A stretch of 33,570 nucleotides of DNA from the NCBI RefSeq assembly GCF_001194135.2, contig NC_068981.1:61630920-61664489 (forward strand). The letters run 5' to 3'. Below the pieces are notes generated by a model. That model was not told where the DNA came from and did not search any database. It was given only the letters and a program-made list of their open reading frames with translations. Numbering within the stretch: position 1 is the first letter of the stretch; each line of letters begins with the position of its first letter. Origin of the DNA: Octopus bimaculoides. Lineage: Eukaryota. Below, in pieces: positions 10,672 to 23,150 of this stretch. The translations under genes were made by a program, and so were the position numbers.

Positions 10672-10722
10672 CCTGGCTCCTTTGTAAACACTAATCCTGG
10701 CTCCTTTGTAAACACTAATCCT
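10672..10722. repeat. Perfect 24-bp tandem duplication (cctggctcctttgtaaacactaat x2 + cct)
   Basis: Units at 10672-10695 and 10696-10719. Confidence 0.95.
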
Positions 10723-11283
10723 ATCCCTTTGGTTGTAGCCAGAGAACTGCACGGAAAGCTCGTCAGAGCTCTATCAACATGCTCAGGCATAACATGGAGG
10801 CTCGATAAAGAGCATAGGAGTTAAGGTTTATGGATACAGAACTGACACGACACTTAAACAGATCACAGAGGCTACACACATTGCAGTAGACAGACCGAAC
10901 CTCCATAGAAAACACAAATGGAAGAGCAACACCCACCAGCACATTACACCACATGAATAAAGGTAGAAGGGATGAGAAAAGAGAAGAAAAATTTGGTAAA
11001 TAATACACAGAAACATGCAGGGTAATAAGATACGCAATAGACATATATCCACTTACTTGTGATAATTATGAGAAATACAGATAGATGTATAAGGCAAAGC
11101 AAAATGAATAAAAAGAGAGATAAATAAATGAATATGTAAATATATATATATGCACAGAAGAATACAGGAATTCAACAATATTTTCGGGTCGCTGGAGAGC
11201 AGCAGCACAATCGTATGAAAAGATAGGCCTGCTGAGGGGAAGGCCACACTGCTGCTAACAACTATGACGCACACATAAGCATA

Positions 11284-11316
11284 CACACAGTTACACACAC
11301 GCACACACACACACAC

Positions 11317-11350
<34 letters not shown>
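11284..11350. repeat. (CA)n microsatellite
   Basis: Directly visible. Confidence 0.95.
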
Positions 11351-11354
<4 letters not shown>

Positions 11355-11782
11355 CCAAGGACACAAACGCATGCGCACTTAAGGATACACAACTTAGAAG
11401 GGCAGAATGAAGTGAGTGCAGCAAGAGCATACACGGAAACGAAATGTTTCGTTGAAGAGGTCACAGTTATATGACGAAAGATTTTCGGAAAATGGACACG
11501 AGTTAAAATAATATAAAAACAACAGTAAACGAGTGAAGAAAAAATATATAGTGCGTGTGCTTTTTGGAAAAAAAGAAATGACAACCACGAAATACAACAA
11601 TATTGGTTTCAATTCACGATTTCACATCAGGTATCTTGAACCACAAATGGATAATCGCATCAGCTTTAAGTTATCAAGTTTTCTTGTTTTTGTTTTTACT
11701 CCAGTGCATTTATTAATGTTTGCTATTTCAATGCTGATTCTGAATATCATATATTTTTTCTGTAATTTGAAGTAGTGGTACT

Positions 11783-11806
11783 TGCTGCTGCTGATGCTGC
11801 TGCTGT

Positions 11807-11857
<51 letters not shown>

Positions 11858-11883
11858 CACTACTACTATTGCTGCTGCTGCTA
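11783..11883. repeat. Compound (GCT)n-(ACT)n-(GCT)n microsatellite
   Basis: Directly visible; it produces the poly-Ala/poly-Thr pseudo-ORF. Confidence 0.95.
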
Positions 11884-12974
11884 CGGGTTCATCACAACAG
11901 TGCTATTTTACTATTGATGCGTTGTCACATTTGCTTACCTTTCTATTGATTTTCCAATATGACTTTGTTGATCATATGCCGCGCGGAAATAATTATATAA
12001 ATTTAATGCCATAAAACAAATGAAACATTCCGATAATCACCGTAGAGCAACAATAAAATCAATAATATAACGTGAATGTGGTGATAAATTGCTTCCGGTA
12101 ATTAACATTTCACCTGGAAAATATATTTGTGTTAATATGTATATTAATAACGTCACGTTTTCTGTTAATATTAAAGTGATACTGTCTACATAATTGCTTG
12201 TAATGCAACTTCTAGATTAACGTTTATAAAAATTAACAGTCAGAGCAAGATGAAAATATTATTCGCGTGAAAACTGTGCACCATGCCTCAGGTGTCATAA
12301 TAAGTATTAAGAGAAATTGGATTCAACATATTTGGCGTTATGCAATTTCACACAAAGAAATGTTCAAAAATCCTCAGCGCCCTTGGAAAGCTGCATTTTG
12401 ACATTCAACTGTCTTTGTCATATGATACCTAAAGCTAATATAATCGCAGCATTTGTTTCCTGCGTAGGATTTCTAACATGTTTTTACTCACACGCACACA
12501 CGTATGCGCGTGCGCACGTACACACACACACACACACACACAGAGGAAGTACCCACCGGGTAGTTGTGTGTAAGATTTCAAATTCCGTTGTTATTTATTT
12601 CTTAAAGCTATTATAAGAGTTTACAAAGTAATTTCTATCATTTAAACTTTAAACTTCAGTATTTAACGTTGAGGACAATAAATAAAACAATTATTATTGC
12701 AGATTATTGTATTTCAATGTTCTTTTAATTGCTTGATATATTTACCTTCAGGTGAAAAATGCCGTGAAAACTTAACGAAATTCTAAGAACTTCCATCAGA
12801 TTTGATGTAGTACGTCTGGTGTGGCCCTGTAGTTTTGATATACGTCACAGAAAAGTTAAATTCATATTGCAAGGCTCGCATACTAAAGACTTTTGTTTAG
12901 ATTAAAGTGAAATTTAGTTGCGTTTTCACTATCAACAATGAATTATTGCTTCAATTATACTTTCAAATTTTTGC

Positions 12975-13090
12975 TCCAGGCAAGCAATTTCGTGGGATGG
13001 AGAACCAACGATTAAATCGGCATCCAGTACTCAACAGGCAATAATTTCATCGACCCTGAAATTATGAATAGCAAAGATGACCTCGAGAAA
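12975..13090 (-). mobile_element. Degenerate SINE core fragment
   Basis: Reverse complement matches the 33440-33570 core (gaggtcatctttgctattcat...gggtcgatgaaatta..gttgagtactgg). Confidence 0.65.
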
Positions 13091-13348
13091 TTCTCTGTTC
13101 AGAAATGCATTGATTCAATTATAAGCTTATTTCCATTTTCCAAAATTAGGGTTATTATGAAAGTTCGTTGGACGAATTTAAATAAAGCAGTTCTCTGCAT
13201 TCAAAAATCTGGTCTCTAAGTATTATTATTTATTATGATATTGAAAGAGATGTTTTAGACTTCACCTAATTAATTTTTAGACTTCTAATTAATTTGTAGT
13301 GTAAGTGTGTGCATGTGCGTATGTTTATTGCGATATTTTCTTTTGTAC

Positions 13349-13712
13349 ACACACAAACATACACGCACGCACAAACACGCACATACATACACACAGGTGG
13401 AGAGACTCAAAGGACACTCAAAGGAAACCAACAAACACATACACACGAAAGAAAGCATCGCAAAAACAGACACAAGAACGTCAGCCCCCCCCACACACAC
13501 ACAAACACACAAACACACACACAAACACACAAACACACAAACACACACACACACACACAGATACACACAGCTGCAGACGCTCGAAGCAAAACTAAAAGAA
13601 AATGAAGCAAAATGATATTTTTTTCTCTTTAACAATTTATTCATCACGATATATTGAAAGGACATTTGACTCAATACACGCACGCACACGCACACACACA
13701 CACACACACACA

Positions 13713-13744
<32 letters not shown>
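13349..13744. repeat. CA-rich compound microsatellite region ((CA)n, (CAAACACA)n, (CACG)n)
   Basis: Directly visible; it explains the overlapping THTH/CVCV ORFs. Confidence 0.92.
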
Positions 13745-13749
<5 letters not shown>

Positions 13750-14179
13750 GAGGAATAAAAGTCATTCATTTGTCAGGAATCCATAAAGACTTTTTTGAGA
13801 AAGTAGATATCTACAGATCCTCTTTAAAAGCTTGGATTCTGAACCAAGCTATATTTAAAAACACTTCAACGAAAAGAATTCCAGATGTGTTTTTAACCGC
13901 CAACACAGAATATAGACTGTATTAACTTCAGACTTTTATAAATTGTTACTAATATTTGATGAGATGAGATTCATCATCGAAACCGGTAATATTCTATATT
14001 TTCTTAATGTAATACTTAAATAATTTTATCAGATTCTTTCTAAATTGAAATTTCTTAGATTTATTTCTGTGATACTTCTCTCTCCCTCTTTTATATATAA
14101 AAAGCATGATTTGTATGGATCTCTAATCTTTTTTCAACTTTTGTATATCTATACATACATACATACACAACTATCACTG

Positions 14180-14717
14180 CTCAAAGCAGTGGCTCTCATG
14201 GTTTCTCATTTTATGTGATTGGAAATGTTATCATGTTCATTGGATTGTCTTGGTATAAAAGATGGGCTACGGCAGATATTCTGCTCACTAACACTGATTT
14301 GCTTGTAAGGTCTTTGACGTGAACCAGTTGAACATGACCCTCAGTGGATGACGATTTGTGCATCTCTGAGCAGTGAGAGTGGGGAACCATCATAGCCACA
14401 TGTTGAGAGGAATTCTTTGGGGTTTGGATAATTCACATTTGGAAACATGAATGTTTCATTCAACATCCTTAACCAACCCTTATTCAAGGACCATTTGAGC
14501 AGGATGGGCTGTCTATTCGACACGAAGAAAATTATTATTCGGCCCCACCTGCAAGGTCTTGCACTGTTAATCTTGATATGAGATCACCATGACGTGCACA
14601 TGTTTGTTATGCATGTTACAGGTGTTCTCTTATCAGACGGGTAGTCATGGTAGGTATACTGGGCGTCGTATATTTTACCCCAATGTCGTTTTCATGGCAT
14701 GGATGCTGCTCTCTCAC
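14180..14717 (+). mobile_element. Interspersed repeat ending in an (AAT)n tail; probably the 3' UTR of a non-LTR element or a SINE-like derivative
   Basis: GC-richer non-coding block ending ctctctcactc-(aat)n. It resembles a high-copy repeat I recall from octopus sequence; the family is not verified. Confidence 0.6.
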
Positions 14718-14905
<188 letters not shown>

Positions 14906-15180
14906 ATTAATAATCCGAGGATGAAATTTCCTCTTTCAATTCATCGCTACGCTCGTTTCTCCGAATTATATGATGTTTGATATTTATGTGTGTACATGAT
15001 GGGATGTGGAACGTATGTTACTGGTTTGACGTTAAGCACAGCAGACACTTCCTTAATGAATTCAGATGTTGCAAGGCGACGGTGTAAATCTTGATTTGAA
15101 GTGGCCGTTTCGAAGTGTTGGGAATTTGGATTGCCTGACGCCATTAAGCCTGAGTTAAAACGTATTGTTTCCTTAAAGGT

Positions 15181-15474
15181 TGTTGTATCCTCCGTCTTAA
15201 ATGTCGTGGTGCCGCCACGATATTGTGACTGATGGTTTTGATATACTATACCAGTGTTTCAACTATAAATAAGATAACGATGCAGCCATAATAACAAGAT
15301 AATGATCCAACAATCTCTTCACGAACCAACAATGAAATAACCAACTAACACCGTCTGAATTCACTGCGAACAGAAACCGATTTGACAAACAAACTTCACC
15401 CCGACCGCTACAATTTATAATCGCTCGTACCAGTCTATTTCTCGCAAGGGGTTGTCGTGACTCACCTCACAACA
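15181..15474 (-). repeat. 3' LTR (TGTTG...CAACA, 294 bp)
   Basis: Inverted termini tgttg/caaca; colinear with 18056-18351 (gtatcctccgtct, gaattcactgcgaac, tctatttctc..caagg..gtcgtgactc). Confidence 0.88.
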
Positions 15475-18043
15475 TCTTGTTTGAAATTTCGACAGCCGTA
15501 AGAAGTGATATTTATTCTAATTTTTATTTTGCCAGCAACTCTCCACCCACCCCCAGTCTGTTTTATTCTTTTAGAATATTTTATCTCTTTTTCGTTTTGG
15601 CATTATTTCTAAATGTACAGCCCATTTCCTTTTTCTAATGCTGCATCTGCTACATTGAATCTCTTTCGGTGCTGGTACTTCAATCATGTCATGTGAGACT
15701 TCAGTTGGTATTTCCTTTCGTTTTTCAGTATGCCTCGTCTTTAATTCGCGTAGGTGTCTCTCTTATGTTTCCACAGTAGTCCTTTAATTACATACTTCAT
15801 GTTTCCTGTTTTATTTACAAAACCATCCTCCCAGCTTTCTTTACCATTTTGGTATATTTTAGAATGAACTTCGAAATAGTTCGTTACATTTTGTGTATTT
15901 CCTTTAAATATATCTTTTCCTGGCAATAATTTATCGAAGATCTATTTTATTCCTCGCGGGAACATTAACACTGTCGGAGACTTTCCTGAACTGATATTCG
16001 TATTGCTCGTTACACTATATGCACTCAAGAATTTCGTTAGCACTTCGTCATCACCTACATCATTCGTTGCTTTTGTTTAACGCTCGCCTGAACGTATCAA
16101 CATATATTTCTACCTGCCCGTTTGACGTCGGGTGGTAGGGCGAGGTAGAATATGGTTTATCGCTTGCATTTTGCAGAAATTTTTGTATTCACTACTCGTA
16201 AATTGTGTTCTATTATCTGATCCCAACGTATCTAGAACATCGAATCGAACAAAAAAATTCATACAAGAACTTTATTGTTGTCTTTGTGGTTGGTTTATTA
16301 CACCTTCATTCTTCTGGCCACTTTGTACCTCTTTGAACAATGACTAGATAGTCGGCGCCATTCACTGGTCAAGCGTACTCGATATGTACTCTGGACCATG
16401 GATTATCAGTCTGAGGCCAGGGTTGGTATTTCACCGGTGGTGCTTTGGCTCCTAGCACAAAACCTCTACATGATTTTATACAATTTTCAAAGTTCCGATC
16501 CATTGGCGGCCAATATACATAGCCCCTCATTAAGACTTTCATTCTCGACATACCCGAGTGTCCACTGTGGAATTTCTGCAAAACTCGTTTCTGTAACACG
16601 TTTCGTACTACCACTCTTTGTGCTTACATTAAAACATCGACGCTTAGTGAAAAATTATTCGAATTTGTTTTTTTTATTTTGCTTATTTTTCAACATTTCT
16701 TTCATTTTTGTAATGTAATTATCCTCTGCAGATTTTATTTTTATATTATGCGCTGTCGCTAGCAGTTCGTGAATAACATTACATATAACGTTTTTAATTA
16801 ATATTTTCTTCAGTTCAGCTATTGAGTTCTTTTCACTGGTGGGACACTCATTTAATTGGCATTTTGGGAGATCTCCTAAATAAAATAGCTGCGACCAGTC
16901 AGTACCAAGCAGATTTCTTGCGTTCTTTACGATGAAAACTTTCCTCTAAATGTAACATCATTCCACCTTTCGCGTAGAAAATGTAGTTTGTCACCCGTCA
17001 CGCCACGTGCGGTTTTGCTGTTTTTCTTAAACATAGGTTTCGCTATTTTATTCCACGTGTCAGTTTTAATGATTGAAATGTCACTACCAGTATCCAGTTG
17101 TAATTTAATATTTACTCCGTTAGTTTACGTGTATAAATTTCCTTATTTTGAAGTCGAAGTTATTTTCTGCTGAGAATACTTTAGGATTTTTGACATTTTA
17201 CCTTCGTACTCTTCCACGCAATATTAACTCTTGTGTTCAAACTTTTGACAGCTTTAACTGTTATGATCTTTAAAGGAATAATATTTACTGAAATGCATGC
17301 CTCACATCCGTGACATGGATTAAAACCTATCCATCTACTTTGGCTATATTTTCTCGGCCGACATATCTGTACGTTTGCAAAATCCTTTTCTTGATTTTTT
17401 CTTACACCGTGTTTCAATTTCACAATCATTCGACACTCCTCTGCAACAGCCTGCAGGGTTAAATTTTGTCTCACCTGTTCAAGATTTGGAAAAACTTCTT
17501 GTCTGTATTTTTGTATTGTCATTCGCTGTAAAGTCTTGTACCAAAATGAGGCAGTAAGACATCTCAGAAGTAAGTTTTCTAAGTTGAAAACATTCACACA
17601 TTCTGTTCACCGTTCCTACGTACGTAATAAAGTCATCATCCTCTTTCTTAGTGAAATTCCAACTCTCCATTCGAGTGTAGCATAGAGACTTTTTATCACC
17701 GGACAATAATAACCTTATTTTTTCTTCGTCCGACCATGTATTTCAGTATTCCTTAATAATTTCCTCGTACCTTCTGTAGTACGCTGCATAAGTTATAACT
17801 GAATTATGTTATGGAGTTCGATATGCCGTCTGGCGAAAACGAACTTATTGCATTTTCGGACTTCTTTGCGTATAGCTCCAATAATTATTGTTGCTGTTGT
17901 TGTTGCTGTACTAGTTACTTCTGCAATTCCTGATGCTGTATTTGATGTTGCTTTGCAACTGTATTATAGAAGCTCAGTTTTCCATTATTTAACACGATGT
18001 ATCAAGAACAGATTGTTAAATAACCTACGCGAGCTACAAAATA

Positions 18044-18053
18044 CTCGTCGCTA
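18044..18053 (-). promoter_or_regulatory. Primer binding site TAGCGACGAG (one mismatch to TGGCGACGAG, complementary to the 3' end of tRNA-Ser(GCU))
   Basis: Lies immediately inside the 5' LTR on the element strand. The tRNA assignment is from my recollection of the ..CUCGUCGCCA 3' end. Confidence 0.7.
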
Positions 18054-18055
18054 GT

Positions 18056-18351
18056 TAATGTATCCTCCGTCTCCACTGTTGTGGAACCGCTACGATATTT
18101 TGACGGATGGCTTTGATACACGGAACCTGTGTTCTAACAATAAACAAGATAAATATTCAGCTGTAATAACAAGGTAACCATTCCACAATCTCATCCCTAA
18201 CTGACGATCAGTATTCCAAATGAACTAACCAACCAAAACCTTCCGAATTCACTGCGAACTCAACTATAACTAACCCACAAACCGCTACTATTTACAATTG
18301 CTCAGTCTAATCTATTTCTCTCAAGGAGGCGTCGTGACTCTCCACACAAAA
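18056..18351 (-). repeat. 5' LTR, diverged, with mutated termini
   Basis: Colinear with 15181-15474. Confidence 0.85.
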
Positions 18352-19150
18352 GAGGTTCGTGTTAATTACTGCTGGTGGTAGAATTATATCTTCGGTGTTG
18401 CTAGTATTTGCGCGCATCCAGTAGGTTCAAATATTATTAATGTCTATGTATGACCAGTCATGTCATATCAACCATGTTCACATGCATAGATGTCCTCCGT
18501 TGTGTTAAAATCTTCTGGCGATGTAGTCTGAGATATATTTAATAGTCATCTTGTTTAGTTGGTTTGCGAGGTCCGTCTCTTTTGCGGTTAGATTCTAAGG
18601 TTAGTGTCTCCTTGTTTCGAAATGTTCTGTTCAAATCCTAAGAAGGATATTTTGATCTTATGCTTGCATGATACAGTTACATTTGAATGCCTATCAATTA
18701 CTTTGTCACTGGATATAATACACCCTAGAATGTCATCCATGCATAGGTTACTTGCCACTGATGTTCTATCGTATGGTCTTGCGTTTTTAATATATAAGAG
18801 TTAGTTGTATTTTACACTCCATGCAACATACAAATCCCTCTCTGTGTGCATGTGCGTGTGTATGTACGCATGAGAGTGTGCATATGTGTGTGTGCCTTTG
18901 TGTATTTGTTTCTCTCCCAACAACGCTTCACAATTATGTTTGGTCTTTTTACGTCCACCTAACCTAAGGCCTCATCAAAAAGGTTTAAAACGCAATTCTC
19001 CAAGGTAGTGATCTAGCATGGCTGCACTCTACTGACTGAGATAAGTAAACGACAAGCCGAAATTGCAGAGATAATCTGGAACTCGACTGACCCGTCCTTG
19101 TTTTCTTTGTATCGTCTGTCTGGCTGTTTTGCGTTCTTGTCCCATTTTGT

Positions 19151-19186
<36 letters not shown>

Positions 19187-19958
19187 NNNNNNNNNNNNNN
19201 NNNNNNNNNNNNNNNNNNNNNNNNNNNNNNNNNNNNNNNNNNNNNNNNNNNNNNNNNNNNNNNNNNNNNNNNNNNNNNNNNNNNNNNNNNNNNNNNNNNN
19301 NNNNNNNNNNNNNNNNNNNNNNNNNNNNNNNNNNNNNNNNNNNNNNNNNNNNNNNNNNNNNNNNNNNNNNNNNNNNNNNNNNNNNNNNNNNNNNNNNNNN
19401 NNNNNNNNNNNNNNNNNNNNNNNNNNNNNNNNNNNNNNNNNNNNNNNNNNNNNNNNNNNNNNNNNNNNNNNNNNNNNNNNNNNNNNNNNNNNNNNNNNNN
19501 NNNNNNNNNNNNNNNNNNNNNNNNNNNNNNNNNNNNNNNNNNNNNNNNNNNNNNNNNNNNNNNNNNNNNNNNNNNNNNNNNNNNNNNNNNNNNNNNNNNN
19601 NNNNNNNNNNNNNNNNNNNNNNNNNNNNNNNNNNNNNNNNNNNNNNNNNNNNNNNNNNNNNNNNNNNNNNNNNNNNNNNNNNNNNNNNNNNNNNNNNNNN
19701 NNNNNNNNNNNNNNNNNNNNNNNNNNNNNNNNNNNNNNNNNNNNNNNNNNNNNNNNNNNNNNNNNNNNNNNNNNNNNNNNNNNNNNNNNNNNNNNNNNNN
19801 NNNNNNNNNNNNNNNNNNNNNNNNNNNNNNNNNNNNNNNNNNNNNNNNNNNNNNNNNNNNNNNNNNNNNNNNNNNNNNNNNNNNNNNNNNNNNNNNNNNN
19901 NNNNNNNNNNNNNNNNNNNNNNNNNNNNNNNNNNNNNNNNNNNNNNNNNNNNNNNNNN
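19187..19958. other. Assembly gap flanked by (TA)n
   Basis: N run; the overlapping long ORFs are artefacts. Confidence 0.99.
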
Positions 19959-19996
<38 letters not shown>

Positions 19997-20799
19997 TCAT
20001 ATTAAGCATATCCCCTGATTAAATTCCGATATTTACATTTTCTTGTCCAAGCGTTCTAAATAAACCGTTTTAGATTACCAACACGATAAATGACGCAAAT
20101 AAATTCTGTGTCCAATCGATAAAACCGGAAATATTTATGAATTAGAAAAAAATATATGACCCTTTTTATAAAATTGCATTTCAAACAGTAGTAAAAATAA
20201 ATTCGTTGCCACACTTAATGACATTAATTTGTCTGCAGCAAAATATCGCTATCAACTTAAGTATAGTATTTATTTATGCGCCCACCAATTTTCCTTCATA
20301 AAATAAACTTCGATAAAAAAATATCTACAATTAACTCTTTTCGGCCTAAAAATCTCTGGAGTATTTCAAGTTCCTACATTACAATTTAAGTGAATCCAAG
20401 CTATAACTGTATTCCGCATTCCCCAATTTAAAGTATCTAACCGTTACAGTTGTTAATAAATCACTTTTCAATTCTGTAATTCCATTTGCAAAATCTTTCA
20501 TACTGAACATATTAGGCATGATAACAAATCGAAATTTTAGGTTAGAAAAGGGTATGTTATATTTACCAAAGCTTTTTGGATAAAAGTTGCAGATATAGAA
20601 AAGGCCGACGACCATTTGCATATGGATGCATAACAATATTTTTGCAGAAATCAACAAATATGTAGGACTGTCTATATAACATACGTAGTGCGAGAGATTC
20701 ATTTGACATCGGGTTTGTCTCTACGGGGTTGATACATTGATTCCTTTATCAATTCCAACATTGGAACGAAAAATTCCTTCACAGTTCAGTGTTTATATT

Positions 20800-20915
20800 T
20801 ACAAGCCTATTCGATTAGTATTTCTGGCCGAACCTCTCAGTTGCGGGGACACAAACGCACCGGTATCTGTTGTCAAGCGATGTTGAGTGTGGGCGCAAAC
20901 ATAGACACACACACA
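20800..20915 (+). mobile_element. SINE 3' fragment ending in (CA)n/(TA)n
   Basis: gccgaacctctcagttgcggggacacaaac..tgttgtcaagcgatg..caaacatagacacac resembles an octopus SINE segment as I recall it. Confidence 0.55.
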
Positions 20916-20963
<48 letters not shown>

Positions 20964-21716
20964 TGCATTTTCTGTAGGCAAACAAATAGCGAGCCACCAA
21001 ACCCCAGTATTGTAAACAAAGAAAACGCAAAATATACATGAGTTTAATTTAGACTCATGATTTAAAACCCTTTAAAATTATAGATTAAATCCCCAAGTTT
21101 TTACCAAGTTTTTTTGCGAAAACACTGATCTAACCGAATTCTCAATGACAATAACAAAAACCTTACCTTTTCCTCTCTAAATTTTCATGCAAGCTCAAAT
21201 CAATAGAAGACGTATTGCCAACTGTTAAACCAGTATAAAACTGCTCAGGTACAATAATACTCAAAGTCAAAGGCACTACTTATCAAATTGCGATATTGCG
21301 TTAAGTTTATTTCACTCCCAAATTCATTTTGCATATTATGAAATAGGATTAATTTCAAAATTTCAAATCAATATTGCACGTATACATGCGCGGAACTGGC
21401 AGAATCGTTGGAATGGCGGCCAAACTGCTTAGTGTCATTTCGTCAGTCTTTACGTTCTGATTTCAAATTCAACCAAGGAGCCATCGCTTTTCATATTTTC
21501 GATGTCAATGCATTTGGACCATTTGAGCATTGGACTTACAACATCGGTGTCGATTTAAATAAGTACCAGTTGAGCATTGGACTTACACCTTAACCCAGTC
21601 TTTCAAAATATTATTGCATACTCCATAAAATGCTCTTATTCTGCTTTGTAAAGAGTTTACATATTAATATGCTTTTGCAGACGATTATATAAACGTTTAC
21701 GAATATCGTCATGAGC

Positions 21717-22591
21717 TCAAAAGTTTGCAATGTTTTCGGACAATATTTGCTTTATTCGTCTAGTTACAACAAAAGCAACTCAGTATTAAAAGTTGAGGTC
21801 ATCGAATTGCACAGACTACAGGCATACTTCTACCAGTTCTCATATTAATTCTTGTCTTGAAGGCAAGGGAAATCCTTCGCTCGATATTCCACATCATATA
21901 GGTGGTTGAAGCGTCACAAGCGCAGGGAGTGAGCCATAGACAGGAACAAGTAATAATCCGAGAAGGCTAGGTCCGGACTATATGCTGGATGATCAGCCAT
22001 CAGCTCCATTCCGTCAATACCTGGAGGTCTTTCGGGCCGTTACATCGGTATGAAATATTACATTGTGTTGCTGCCGAAAAACTCGCTTTCTTAGATTAAT
22101 GCCGAATGTTTTTAACACACAATATTATCTAACCGTGCGATGCTGAGCTCATTGACACTATCCGAGTGCTGCTCGCTTCATTGGCTGCTTCGACTTGGAA
22201 TATGGCCTCGGAATTCACGGTTTCAGGCCTGCCTGACTTTATATGATCGTTGAGATTCTTGAAACACGAATGAAAATACTTTAACCATCAGGTTAATTCG
22301 ATGTGATTAATTGCGCTTTCACCTTTCGCACGACAAATGCTTAGGGCTGCTTTCGCGGTATTAAGGCCAAGTTCGAACTCTAAAATCATAAGCATCCAAA
22401 TTGGATTATGTTGCGCGCTCATCTCTACGGCTTTCAAATCACATGCAGAGTGAAGCAATGCACAACGTTTCTGCTCACCAACAGTCAAAATGCCACCAAT
22501 CTCGGCGTGTATCTCCCACAGCTTGAAATGTTTCAGTCACATGATTTACACACTGCAAACTAGCACGTATGTAAACTATGCAAACGTTTGA
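21717..22591 (-). mobile_element. Internally deleted, decayed mariner (DD34D-type) transposon with TIR remnants
   Basis: N-terminal HTH reads MILEFELGLNTAKAALSICRAKGESAI..WLKYF..KSGRPETVNSEAI. C-terminus reads HPAYSPDLAFSDYYLFLSMAHSL. A 13-bp inverted match (12/13) links tcaaaagtttgca (21717-21729) and tgcaaacgtttga (22579-22591). The WVPH and first-Asp region is missing. Confidence 0.82.
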
Positions 22592-23150
22592 TAAGTCTCA
22601 ACATTAACAGTTTGAGATGATTAACTGAGCATTTTAATCTTTCATAAATATCAAAATATGCTTGATCGTTTAATTATAATATATGTAGAATCGTAATCCT
22701 TATATGCATAAATATTTTTTATTAGAACATGTGCTACCAACTTGTATTACGTGTCAAAATATGTAATGAAAATAACTATGCTCAATTTTTGTCATTATTT
22801 TATTATACATTAGTGAGGCATTTAATTTTTAATGAAAATTGAATACGACGTAAGGAGATAAAATTGCATATGCATTTAATTATTTGTGAAAGTTGCTAAC
22901 GAAAATATTTTGTGGCGATATATTTTAATAAATAAGGTAGGTAGCAATTCCATGGATACATGTTTAGTTACATTATAAGTATGAAGGAGTGCAGTTCACG
23001 ATGCGATTAGATTACGTAAGTATATTTGTATGGTTTAACTATGTAATCTTTTAACCCGATTTAACACTGAAAGATATGTAACTGAATCGATAAGTCGAAG
23101 CGTAGCTTCAATACTAGTTGTAATACGTATAAATATGAGATGATGCTTAT

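Larger units (their letters stand above)
15181..18351 (-). mobile_element. Decayed Ty3/Gypsy LTR retrotransposon (K02A2.6-like) with both LTRs; gag, protease and integrase present, RT/RNase H absent
   Basis: Homologous LTRs at both ends; PBS-like sequence; flanks AAGGT/GAGGT. Gag reads EDDDFITYVGTVNRMCECFQL..CLILVQ plus a decayed knuckle. Protease reads KLQLDTGSDISII..TARGVTGDKL. Integrase reads LQKFHSGHSGMSRMKVLMRGYVYWP..PWSRVHIEYA, HPTSNGQVE..DTFRRAL and GKSPTVLMF..IFDKLLP. Confidence 0.92.

Noticed and set aside
11190-11255. agcagca...tgctgct pairing with a miR-15/16-like seed
   Set aside because: The hairpin is too interrupted for a pre-miRNA, and that family is not expected in molluscs.
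13826-13850. 7-bp hairpin agcttgg/ccaagct
   Set aside because: Short stem expected by chance, with no terminal TE or RNA context.
18985-20022. The longest ORFs in the track (285-325 aa), and similar ones at 25.4-26.0, 30.0-30.3 and 31.8-32.0 kb
   Set aside because: They are made almost entirely of N-gap X residues.
21523-21587. Repeat-spacer-repeat resembling CRISPR
   Set aside because: Only two 18-bp repeats, the spacer is SINE-derived, the context is eukaryotic and there are no cas genes.
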